DNA of 57,389 nucleotides, counting the filler, from Sphacelaria rigidula (lineage: Eukaryota), in the NCBI GenBank assembly GCA_964200075.2. It is 7 parts of 7 records of this genome, joined end to end, with 100 filler letters (N's around TTAATTAATTAA, not from the genome) between each part and the next. Parts side by side here need not be neighbours in the genome. Positions count along the whole stretch, not along the records: positions 32,854 to 40,965 come from CAXNAA020012258.1; positions 41,066 to 49,177 come from CAXNAA020012259.1; positions 49,278 to 57,389 come from CAXNAA020012260.1; 4 more parts are not named here. One strand, written 5' to 3'. The translations under genes and the position numbers were made by a program. A model generated the notes under the pieces. The model had not been told where the DNA came from. It saw nothing but the letters and a program-made list of their open reading frames with translations, and searched no databases. Positions within the stretch are counted from its first letter, which is position 1, and each line of letters starts with the position of its first letter. Shown here piece by piece: positions 40,633-52,331 of the stretch.

Positions 40633-40965
40633 CTGGGATGCCCAAATCAGGCAGATAGGTGGGGGAAAAAAGATGAACAAAAGTCAGTGACCGTGGGGGA
40701 ATAATTCTTGACTTCAGAATCCTGCCGACGCCAGGTAGCGCTGCTATAGCTGGAAACTCCCCCCCTTGGGATCGGCGTCGTTAATGTCGTCCATATAAGG
40801 GGTTTCGTTCAGTCTGAAACAAGCCATCATGCGCTGTATGACCATTTGCTCCGTAATAGCTTTGGGGCTGATGAGTCATCCTACGATAGAGGGGGGGGGG
40901 GGGGGGGGGTTAGGTGGCAGAAAAAAAAACGGATGAAGGAGGGGAGGGGGGGAGGGGGGTGTGGG

Positions 40966-41065
40966 NNNNNNNNNNNNNNNNNNNNNNNNNNNNNNNNNNN
41001 NNNNNNNNNTTAATTAATTAANNNNNNNNNNNNNNNNNNNNNNNNNNNNNNNNNNNNNNNNNNNN
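40966..41065. other. Artificial contig linker
   Basis: N44-TTAATTAATTAA-N44. Confidence 0.97.
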
Positions 41066-41511
41066 GTACTCATTTGTTGCTTGCCTTAGTCGTGTGACCA
41101 TTGACCACGCATCCCTTTTGAGACGGAGCACTCTTTTTTTGAGTCTTAGTCACTCTCGAAGGATGAGGGACGGATTGGTGCGAGACTAAACTATGTGGGG
41201 GAGTTTGCACAAGAAGCTGGTGCGCTCTGTGTGAAAATAGTGAGGTAGCGTGCACTGAACTAATCCATTTCCGATTTTGTACAGGTATCAGGTGGAAGAA
41301 GGCTTCGTCAATATGGGTATCAATATTAGCATTGTGAAGCCTGACCCCCAATCCCCACCCCGACCGACCCACCCCCCGAAGAAACGCCGCACCCCACCAC
41401 AACAGCGCGAGGANNNNNNNNNNTGTGGAGAGATGTGGGGGGGAAAAGGCTCCGACCAACAGGTATAAAAGAATGAGTTGTGGCGCCCGCCCCCCCCCCC
41501 CCCCCCTTTCT

Positions 41512-41721
41512 ACTAGGAGAGGAATCGTGGCCACAGACGGCGAAACAGGCGGGGACAAGATATGTCGGAGGTTTTCGTGTACTCGTAATGTATGAAAAAA
41601 CGTGATGAGCACCGGAGTGTTGGAGATGTCTCTACTACGAGTAGGAACGGTGCTCTGTCTCGAAAGGGATGTGTGGCCAATGGTCGAACGACTACGGCAA
41701 GCAACAAATGAGTACGCCCCC
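41512..41721 (-). repeat. Interspersed repeat family D (~210 bp or more)
   Basis: Head GGGGCGTACTCATTTGTTGCTTGCC.TAGTCGT..GACCATTG.CCAC.CATCCC. Copies at ~16089-16262(+), 16428-16465(-), 24436-24490(-), 24790-24945(+), 39411-39476(-), 41066-41131(+) and 44475-44676(-). Confidence 0.85.
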
Positions 41722-41918
41722 TCCTCCGTTTCTTTTTTACATAAAAAAGGGCTGTGTAGATGAACTACAGATTCTTTACCTCGGGCCCCATGCTACCCAA
41801 GGGTACTATCTCTGCAAAAATATGCCGTTGTGAGATGACGTCGCCGCACATCCCATACAGAACAAGTTGTAGCGTATTGACTGTTGCCAACTGTGTTCCT
41901 CTTGTGTCGCCCGTGCAG

Positions 41919-44900
41919 CACAAGGGATTCGGGTTCATCCAGTATGCGCAGGAGAGCGTGGCTAAAACTGCGATGGAGGTAAGAATTATACTCTTTTTTT
42001 GTCAATTGTAGCGCGGTGCAGTATTGGTGCCGACTAATTTCCATGGTTTCATGTGTGCATGCTATTGGTGTAGCCAAGCCCCCTCGGAGTTTGCCTTCAA
42101 CAGTAGATGAGGGCCGGGGAGAAGTTGTGCCGCTTTGTAGTTTTTTCATGCGGTCGGCCTGTCATCACCTGTGCGTTGTGATGGGGTACTCGTCCACGGG
42201 GAGCCTTCCCCCTACCTCCGTCGCCAACTCCCCCTGAGTACCCCACACCTGATCGTACGCCGCGCCCCATGTTTTCGGTAGCGTAATGTCCTCTTCACTG
42301 TCCAGGAACCGACTTCTTGTCCCTGAGATTACATGTTGGTCAGTGATCACCTCAGTCTGTCTAATTTTCGTATCCTGGCTGCTCGTCTCTTATCAGAATT
42401 GTTATCAGTCACTACTCTTGTACCTCAGGCGAGACCGAGTAGGTACAATGCACTTCCATTCTTGCGTTACAAAAAACCCTGGTCTAAGTATATGAAGCAA
42501 GGAGACCTTGCCTATGGTCTTCGACACGTTGAGGATGGGAGAGCCGCAGTCATCTTTGTCCACATTAACATAGCGGCGAAGACAATCGCGCACCGCGCAT
42601 GGCCACCTCACATCGAGCACACCCTGTGAACAGCAGGGGCGGGGCGATTATAATCCAGCATGAAAGAAAAATTGACCGCCTCCAAATGGGACCCAGCTTC
42701 AAGGTGGCCGTCCCTCTCTACCCTACCGGAAACGTGATGAAAGGTGCAAGTCAATCGAACACCATCAAGGAGTTGAGTCCGCCCAGTCTTGGAAAAAACG
42801 CAAACCGAGGATACCGCTGTGCTATCAGTCATGTCATTTTCCAGAAAACCGATTTTGGTGCCGTGTTTGACATAACGCATTCGTTTTACTCTTGACCCAG
42901 TGCCCCCATCTCCCTCCGCCCCGCCCCTTCCGTTTGCGCGCGCGCCTCTCGTGCCACGCGCGTAGACGATGGCTAATTTCGAGTTGGCCGGGAGGAACCT
43001 GCGAGTCGCTTGGGCCCAAGATCAGAGCAAACCCGCGCTCTCTGTGATCCCTCCAGGCCTGACGCCGGCAGCCGTGGCGGCTCAGGCCGCGGCAGCCGCT
43101 GCGAAGGTGGCGCAGGGGGTCGCGGCAGCGGCCGCGGCGGCGAGGATGACGGCCTCGGGCCACCTGCAGGTACCCCACACGAGGCTTGAAAAAGGAAGGG
43201 AACAGGTCGAGTTCTTTTGTTGGTCTTGAGCAGCTTGAAGTCTTGCCGTACTGTTTTATTTTGTTTTTCAGGCCATCGTTTCCCTGACATGTTTTTTTTG
43301 GGAGAAGGGGTGGAGGGCGGACAGACGGGTCGGAGAACGAGGACCATGGGCGATACATGTTTGACACTTTTTTGTAGAGTACACGAGATGGCTTCGGACA
43401 GGTACGGCACCCACATTGTAAAGAGTTTACAAGTATCATCGCGGCATGCCAAGGCGACAAAACAAGCTTGAGACATCGACCCGATCTCTCGGACCCGTAG
43501 CCATTGACGTAGGCCCGTCCTTCCAATACCGCCCCCGCAATTCCTTAAACGGGATGGAGCTCTCATCGTTTCTGCTAGACTTCAGTACAAAACAAAGTAA
43601 TACCAAATGAAAAGAAGAAAAGAGACGCCACGAAAACGGAAGGGTACTGGATTCCGACGAGCCTCACGGACAAAAAACCTTCATGAACGAGGGGAAGACG
43701 GGAGGGTTTCGCTGTGGTGCTCGTCTTGTCATCTTGAATGTCTTGAAATAGTTCGGACTCGTGTCCAATGGAGGACCTCAGCCCTTCAACTCTCGTTCAC
43801 ATCGATCCCGTAAGTGCCTCTTGTCTTGGCCGGCTGCGGTGCACGTTGAGGAAATAAACAGCGCGTCATGGGATAACAAGGATGTGGATTATTTTCTCCC
43901 ACCGTGTGTCGGTCGCGTGCTGTGGAAAGCAGTCCACTCAACTCCTGTTTCCTGTGTTTCTTACTTGTTTTGTGCCTGACATCTCTGGAAACGCACGCAC
44001 GGTCCGGTCCGTGTTTAGGCGGCCTTAGCAGGCGCAGCAGGAAACGGTAACGGCGCGGCTTCGATGTTGGGCATGGGAGGGTCGGGATTAGTAGATGTGG
44101 CAGCGCAAGCAGCGCAAAGGGCCGAGATTATCAGGAGGATGACAGGATCGCGGTGCATGTGTCTCATGGTGAGGAATGTCGTCAAGAGGGTACAGTACGT
44201 GATGTTGAATACCACCACCGCATGATGAATCCTTCGGGGCCCTGAAGATCGCTTGTACCCGGCGTTGACACTGAGGGAGTTGAAAGTATTGCGTGTCTCG
44301 ATACCGTGCTGTAGATCGGGCGACATTCCTCGGAGAAGAGTGGTATGAGAAAATGTCGACCGCCGTAGGTACCGCGCAGCATGGTGTTTTTGTGTTGCAG
44401 AGCAGTTGAGCATCCAAAGTAGGTGATGAATAGAAACCCTATTTCGCCGCCGCCTCCCACCCTGAGAATGGCTATACTAGGGATGGTGGCCACAGACGGC
44501 GAAACACGACGAGGATGAGATATGTAGAAGATTTTTGTGTCTTGTATGGAAGCAATGTAGTGAGCGCCGGAATGTTGAAGGTGTCTCTATTGGGAGTGGG
44601 AACGGTGCTGTCTCCCAAGAGATGCGTGGTCGATGGTCGAACAAATAAGGCAAGCATTGAATGAGCACGCCCCCCCTCCTGTCCGTGCGCGCGTGTGTGT
44701 GTTTCGCCTCGCTCTTCCGGCCCTTAGAACATGCTGGGGCCCGACGATGTTGACGACGAGGAAATCAAGGCTGACATCTTGGAAGAAGCGAAAACTTGTG
44801 GCAAGGTGGAGCAGGTACAGTACGCGACTCTCCGCTCGAGTTGGCCTCCGCTTACAGTGAGGGGCGTAGTTCCATGAGTTTTAACGCACAAGAAAGACTG

Positions 44901-46050
44901 ATCACGTCTCCCAACGGACGAGGGAGACAGCGTTTCCGTCGTGTGATGAACCTCTCCGTCTTATTTGAAAACATTTTTGTGGGGGGGGGGTCGACGCAAG
45001 GGAAGGTCACACTTGATTTATTGTTACCGCCGCCGAGTACTCCCCAACTACAGGAACTTCTGGCTTGGTGAAACCGCAAGAAAACTCTCCCTGGATACAT
45101 TATACACAGCTATGGCTGCTCTGGTTTTGTGTCCAGTTGCTTTCTGGCACAGTTTTGACTGCTTCACTTCCTCGGGAAGAGTCCACATTGTCGAGAAGAC
45201 GGAACCATGTCTTCCCCGCTTCATACTGTGATGTTTTGGGTACTGTCGGTTGGTTGACGGAGGTTGCTTGTATGCGACCCCCACTCTGAGTGCCGTACTG
45301 TATCGCCGTGGTATCTTGACTGATAGTATAGCCACAATTGAGTTGGTACTCTGACGCGGGACTGTTTGGTCGTCAACGAGCGTTAAGGTATGAGGGGCGA
45401 TGATGGTTTGTGCGTGTCGATCGCCTTCCAAAGGAAGGGCCCGGGTGATTCTCGAAATAAGGTACTCGTCTCGAGGAGGGGTGAGAATGATACGTGAGAA
45501 GCAAAAACATCGAGAGGAAGCCCTTGTCACATTCGACTAATGCCGACGTAGCCCCCCCACAAAAAGTGCACCGGAGACCATCCGACAAACCGGCTGCGAT
45601 CCCACTGTTGGCCTCTTTTGCAGTAATTTCGCCCACATGAGAGGCGTGTAGCAGTCCGAAATTAGCTATAACGCCCAAATGAGTACCGTCGTGCAGCACG
45701 AAACCAGCTCTGACGACGTTCATGATGATGGCCTCCGTGCACTTGTTTGGCCGGTTCGGGGTGGGGGGGGGGCTAACGCGGCAACAGTCATTCCAGTTTT
45801 TTGTTTTCAACATGCCGTATGTGCTGCCGTTTTCCGCACTGACTGTCGGACGCGTAACTCGCAGTTCAAGGTTCACCTGCAAAGGTCGGGGAACACCGTG
45901 GTGGCTGTTAGGGTGTTCGTGGTTTTCTCCAACAATCAGGAAGCCGCGGAAGCCATCAGGAGAATGCACGGGCGGTTCTTCGGCGGTCGGGATGTGCGCG
46001 CCGCTGCCTACGACTACGCGACGTTCGCCCGGGGTATGCTGGACGCATGA
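41919..46050 (+). CDS. PUF60: PUF60-like splicing factor (end of RRM, Ala-rich linker, C-terminal UHM), last 5 exons
   Basis: Phase-0 exons: 41919-41978 (HKGFGFIQY, RNP1), 42966-43169 (MANFELAGRNLRV), 44019-44168 (SRCMCLM), 44728-44814 (NMLGPDDVDDEEIKADILEEAKTCGKV) and 45865-46050 (VRVFVVF...MHGRFFGGRDV..YD..F...LDA*). RBM39 is the less likely alternative. Confidence 0.82.
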
Positions 46051-46228
46051 AAGGATTACACTATTGCACATTGCCAGAAAGTGTACTGCGTACAGTACAG
46101 GCTATTGCGTCTATTGCAATCGTCAAAATATCCCATACTGTATGCAGTACATTTCTTTACTGTAATCTGTTGTCCACGGTGTGTACACTTGGCTAGTGCG
46201 GATAGCCGAAGATGCGAAGTATATACAG

Positions 46229-46265
<37 letters not shown>

Positions 46266-48773
46266 ACCCCACTATTGAGACGTGTCAGTGCATTTTACTT
46301 CCACCGTGTGGGGGGGGGGGGTCGTGAGNNNNNNNNNNTCCGTTTTCCCCGGTGTGTACACCTGGCCCCGGCCGCAAGGCCAAGAGCCGAAATAAAATCC
46401 CCCCCCCCCCCCCCCCCCTACCCGCCCTCATCCTCGCTTTACCTAAGTACTAGAGCTGTCTCGTCTAGTTTACCGTCTCGTGCGTGCGGGGAGGGCTGAA
46501 GTCGAAGTACACTGTAGCATGTGTGAGGACGTTGGCCCATGGTTTCATTCGTCCTCTTCCGGTGGAAGTCTTCGTTGAATTCGAGATACCGATGGGGTTG
46601 AGGACGGGTATTTACTCCTCAGGACGTTGTGTTTTTTTGCCTGAAGAAGGTGAATTTGAGGGCAGGGGGTGATATTTTTCATTACCTCCAGCATGGCGCT
46701 CTATCGGTGGCTTTTTTTCTTCTCATAGCTTGAAGTTTATTGCGGGGGAGGGCAGAAGAGGCATGGTGCTAAGCGTTGAATGCTCGCTACCTGCTACTTT
46801 ACATACATGCATGTGGATGTCTGAAAACGTTGGACGCTTCGTCTTTTTTCTTGTTTTTGATGAAACATTAAGTTTTCTGTTCTCGTTTTTGCCGTGGTTT
46901 ACCGTGGGAGTATCGAAATACTTTCGACTCATGTGAAACTCATTCTCGTACATCCCACGACGTAACCGTTAGCGTGGTGGGACCGTCTCATCCCAATCAA
47001 ATATAAGGGCGTTTTCGTATGTTTCTGCCACGCCTCGTATCTCGTTTGGGTATCAAGTCGCTGTTTGCCAATGAGAGCATATGCATACATCAGGGCAGAG
47101 GGACGACGATAGTCTGATTTTCATCTAGTTGGCGGTTTTCTGCCGTAGCTGTTGAGAGTACTGATTGCTCTGCATGAGGCATCGGCTTACTGATTGATTC
47201 CGATCACCTTATGTTTATAAAGAGGGAGCATGATACCCCCTCTCCCCCCCCCTTCCTCTCACCCTCGCATGAGTACACCCCTTGACGTGGGGGGTGGTCG
47301 GGGACAGCGTTGTTTTCATCTCTCGTGTGCTTGCGGATGATCGTGTGTGCACGACGGTGGGTAAAAACATATGGGCGGGCAGTCCAGGGGTTTGACGTAC
47401 AATTGGATACCTCGTCATTATTAGCGTAGATGTATGTGTGTGCTGTGAATTTACTGTACTGCATGGATGACGTGCTGTGTGGTCACTTATCACGATGTAA
47501 ATATATTTTGCGTGCCAGATTGCGTTCGTCTGTTTGTCGTATAGTTTTTGGTGTGTACATTCCTGCACAGATTTGTCGTAGTTGTTCTCTGGTGTGTTTC
47601 AACTAAAATATTATAGTAAACGAGAGGAGGGAGCGTCGAACAGGGTTCTGTCTTTTGCTTGGTTTATGGTGCGTTGGCACATCAGGGCATGCAGTTATTT
47701 TTCTCCCATGACTCGTGGGTGTCACCACTAGTTGTACCATACATGACCGCGTCAAATATACACGATCCACATGCTTGGTCCGTATCTTTGAGGGAAGGGT
47801 GAGCGGTTCGGCTGTGGGCAGTCATCGCTACGGACCATTGTTGATCAAGCATTTTCACGTCCGATTGGTTCTCGGTAGTCATCTCTGCGAGGAAGGAAAC
47901 AAGGAACTGGTGATGCAGATGGGTTTTGCATTTTTGCTACGAGGATGACGAGGAGGCTCGCGGTTGTGTGTTTGATGGTATATCTGGAATAAAGAGCAGC
48001 CAGCGCTACCCGCGGCTACTGTTTTTCGTCTACCCTTCCCCTTCTCATAAAGAGGCTGTGTTTTATTAACAAAAGTGGTTTAGACTGATGCGTCCATGGC
48101 ATTTATTTCCTCAGATGGTTGAGGACGTGAGTGCCGTGCATGTGTCTGGTACGAGCGACTTCGATTTCATCGGATATTTTCGACACCATTTTTTCTGGTC
48201 GGGCACGCACGGCCTGAGTCTGAGGTCTCGAGATACTAATCCACGTCTCCCCCGGTACATGAACCTGGCATTTTGGTCTTCTAGCGGATTGGGTGAACTC
48301 GCCCGCGCGACGCCAGCTGTCTTCAGACATTTCATCACTCGTGTCCCCCCACGCTTCCAAGGGTGGAAACGAGACCCTTGACAGGAATCGGATCAAGACG
48401 CATTTGGCGGGCATCGAACCAGCGTTTATTTTTTCTCCAAATATTCAACATGTCAATACTTTGGTTGTAATGGACAAGAAGTGTATAGATGTATGGCGGC
48501 AAGGAAAGGCCTATTGCGACCATCGGCGGCCGATAATAGTCGCAATAGGCATATACTTTGAGCAGTGTATTTCTCGTCTGTTGCAAATGTTGACCATATG
48601 TTGTCCAAGCTGTTGCAATTTTTTTCAACCTTTCGGTGTTGGGTGTACCATTAAAGCACATCCCGGACAGAGACAAATTAGAAAATATGACATGATCAAA
48701 ACGTAGCTGTACTGCGTACAGCATCGACCGTTGCATATATTTGTCATAGACGATAGATTTCGGAGGGATGCTA

Positions 48774-49002
48774 CGGTAGAGGTGCACAAATATTTTCCGA
48801 GCTTGAAAGTGTTGGGAGCCCTTGATCTCGTCCAAAACATGTCTCATGAAAAATAGGCGAAAGTAAGCCAGCATTACTACTCGAATGTGTCAACCCGAAT
48901 AAGTTTGCGAACGGGGACGCCCTGACTAAATTCTTCTGCATCTCGAATCGTCAAGAACCCCTGAACCAGGCAACATTTTGCCCAAGAAGTGCACCCCTAC
49001 CG
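48774..49002. mobile_element. 229-bp MITE with TA target duplication (Tc1/mariner-like)
   Basis: TA|CGGTAGAGGTGCAC ... GTGCACCCCTACCG|TA: a 14-bp TIR with one mismatch. The reconstructed empty site TGCTAGCA is palindromic. Confidence 0.7.
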
Positions 49003-49177
49003 TAGCACTGCTCTCGGTACCGAGTGCACAGTATACTTCTCGACAATTACCTCTTTCGATACTGGCAATGAAAAAGTATGGAGGTTGTGCTTTTTTTGAA
49101 CGACATATAAGAGCTGGGCCAGTCTAGAAACGGATTTAAGCTCTAAAAGCAATATCTCATCGACACAGACGAGTTGG

Positions 49178-49277
49178 NNNNNNNNNNNNNNNNNNNNNNN
49201 NNNNNNNNNNNNNNNNNNNNNTTAATTAATTAANNNNNNNNNNNNNNNNNNNNNNNNNNNNNNNNNNNNNNNNNNNN
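49178..49277. other. Artificial contig linker
   Basis: N44-TTAATTAATTAA-N44. Confidence 0.97.
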
Positions 49278-50958
49278 CCACGCATCCGAACTATTGTGTC
49301 CCAACAGTTTCCCCCCCCTTTATTCTCGTCAAGCTTCAACCCTCCCCCCCCCCCGTCCTCTCTCGCCGGGGCGAGTATGGAGACGTCTCTAGGGATTAAC
49401 CCATCTTTGTCTCGGTACCTGCCTTGCAACTTTTTGGTCGAGCATTGCATAATAGATGATGACCATGGTATCAGCACTTCAGCAGCCCGATGTCTCCCGA
49501 CGACTTTTTCGGCCAACATACTCATTTTTCTCCTCCTTTTCACCAGGGGGAACCAGTAAATGGAAGCAACCATCACCTTACCGCCAAGATTCGAACGCAC
49601 TACTTCTACCCCGCCCAGACTGGGCTATAACGCACGTACCACTTTGAACGTGTACCGGGCAGGATGAGCAGAGCAAATGGAACGTTTTACATGCCAACTG
49701 CGCCGGGCATGTGTCCTCGCGCTATTTTATGTCATCTGCCTACAGGCGCTTGAAGCGAGGTTGTGTCACAAACAATCTCAAGTTATGGCGGCGTCTGTAT
49801 TGGACACCGTCTGGTAACATTTGTACTGTAGGTTTTTCAAGACGCCAGAGCCTACTGCACTGTTGTCGAAGAAGTAGGTCCGACTACAGATCTCGACGAT
49901 ATACTCCCAACGCTTGATATTTACAGTATACAGACATCAGTATCATGGGCACCGTCGCTGTTGGAAAAACGAAATTAGGAGGATTTAAATCAAAGCGTGT
50001 TGAGGACGAATGCCCCCCCTGTTTTCACAAGTATGCGCATATATTGGGCCATAGAACTTCGGTCCACGGACGTCTACATTCATGTCCATCTAAGTCCTTC
50101 GCAGTGAACGAATTGACGATGGCAACAACGGCGCTAAGTCCGCTTTTCGTGTTGCAAAATCACAATATTTCCCAAAAGTCTATGTGGGCGATTCAGCGCC
50201 AATTTCCGACGGAATTCAGTCCTGAGCGGATTATGTGACGCCGGAAGGACTTGCTGTACTTTCCATGAGAATTGCCACGCACTTTTCTTATCTTACATGC
50301 GCCCAGTTTGACTCGTGGTTAAGTAAAAAAACGATATTTTAGATGAACTCTCAAAAACCGTATTTCTCCGAGACCGGTACGTACTTTATGCGAGAACTCC
50401 AAGGTTTGTGGGAGTTGGTTTGCTTGTTGGATAAAATCTCTTCTTGCACACCCAAAGTCAAACTGAATGTGCAAAAGATAATGAACATGCGTTGCAATTC
50501 TCTCGTAGAGTACAGCACGTTTTCGGGATTTGGCTAAGTCCGCTGAGCCCCGTATCCCGGCGAACATCGGCGCTGAAGCGGAAAGATACAGTAGTCAGCG
50601 TCAGAAGTATGCAGAATTCGAAATTACTCAGTTTCCCAAATATTTTCCAAAATTGTTTCGCTTGCCACTGCTCATCACAGTGACTGTTGGATGCCAAAAA
50701 ATGGGAATCAGGAGATATTTCAATCCTCTTGATAAATATTGAAAGAAAAAAAATCTGCGATCAATATCGAGTGACTTAGGGGCTTGGCCGATCTTCGGGG
50801 GTCCTGCGAAAGTGCAACCCCAGGTTCTAGCTTTTCGGTACTTTTGGTGGACCGACTCGAACCCGATCATTCAAGTCAAGAGTCAAAGAGGATTATTTTT
50901 TCGAAATTCCACCTATTCACTGCGCTAAAGCCGGTAAAGTATGTTTTTTTTACCATTC

Positions 50959-51362
50959 ACGGTCAATAACACCCTCCTGATAAACGGGGTATCCAGTCCA
51001 TATCGCCCACACAACACCAACTTGGACATTGTGATTTGAGCACGGTCCGCTTATTCCGCCAAAACTGTCGACGCTGGCACTTTCGACTGCTCATTAAAAA
51101 TGTTATGCGAAAAAACCACGAAAAGAGGTCATCCGCAGAAAATGCTAGACTGAGATCTGTGCAGTATAGGAGGGAAACACGATCTCGATCGTTATTGTGA
51201 AGATTTTTAGATGTCTTCATGTATATGAATATTTACCGTTTCGTTGCGGAAGAGCCGGAAAGCTGTGTCTATAGGACCAAAAACGGTCAATAACACCCTC
51301 CTGATAAACGGGGTATCTAGTCCGTATCGCCCCACGAACACCAACCTAGGCACTGCAGTTGA
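50959..51362. repeat. ~80-bp direct repeat pair, offset 324 bp
   Basis: ACGGTCAATAACACCCTCCTGATAAACGGGGTATC.AGTCC.TATCGCCCAC..AACACCAAC at 50959 and 51283. Confidence 0.85.
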
Positions 51363-51914
51363 AGGCGGCCTACGTTTTCCCCCTGAATATAGCGACGCCA
51401 GCACTCTCAAGTAATATGAAGAATAGTACTCAAGAAAAACTCAAAAGCTACAACAACTACGAATTCTGAAAACTTCTGCTGCTGACTACTATACATAGGC
51501 TTTGAGATTTCCTCTTTTCCGTAGCACGAGAAAAGCGTCCGAATGATGCAACGCAGGCGCCGCGCCAGTCTTGGATGCTGTTCCCTTAAACTTGCGCCAG
51601 TTGCACGTGCCGCAACAGGTGAGACATGGGCGCGGACAAGGTAGTTTGGCTTCTGCTCAAGGCTTCCCATACATATAGCGTGTTTCTTCTTTATTCAGGC
51701 TTCATTTGATCTTTGCGCACTCAATTTTAACCTCCCTGCCCCCCTCCCCCCTCCCCGTTTTGTAGGGATGCGAGGTCAACGGTCTTATGACTACGGCGTG
51801 CATTATAGCGTGAGTACACCCCCCCCTTCCGTCTTCTCGACATGACTCCGTAGCCTCAAGTGTGATAAAATGATTATTCCGTCTCTCTTTTGTTTTTTTT
51901 TGCGCGCGTACCTT

Positions 51915-52331
51915 CATTTTTTTTGCGGTAACTATGATTGTGGTCGAGCTAGATCATATTGTGCGGGGTGGGAGAACCTCAAATCCGCGCAACGGGGATG
52001 ATCGCACTACTTAGTGTTTAAATAGTGAAACAACCATAGGGCAGTGTATAAGCCGTGGCTGTCTCTGGGAGCGGCGATACCAGATAATAAAGCAACTCGT
52101 TGGAGGCTGTCATCCAAATGCAAAATAATCAGTACGCTTCGGGCCGAACAATCTCAGCAGAATGCAGCTCACCCTGCATGCGACTCGCCGAACACACCAT
52201 GGCGCTTCGCGCATGGTGATTGATTGCGAGCTTGGCCCGGCGAAAAACCGGCGTGCTCCATCCCGGCTTTGTAGGGGTGCGAGGTCAATGGTCTCATGAC
52301 TAGGGCATGCAAGATTATGAGTACACCTCCT
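51915..52331 (-). repeat. Interspersed repeat family C, near full-length copy
   Basis: Reverse-complement match along the length of 9565-10035, including the 3' GATCTAGCTCGAC...GCAAAAAAA. Confidence 0.85.

Noticed and set aside
41512-41530. Helitron CTAG 3' end for family D
   Set aside because: Similarity between other copies (24945-24970, 44465-44480) continues past the CTAG position, and there is no convincing subterminal hairpin.
49003-49177. Minus-strand peptide VDEILLLELKSVSRLAQLLY resembling GxxExxY/PD-(D/E)XK viral nucleases
   Set aside because: The match is short, has the wrong spacing and lies at a contig end, with no other viral genes present. An HMM search would be needed.
8159-49233. 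TTAATTAATTAA recurring every ~8.2 kb as a biological periodic element
   Set aside because: It is always embedded in N44...N44 and is a synthetic six-frame-stop linker.
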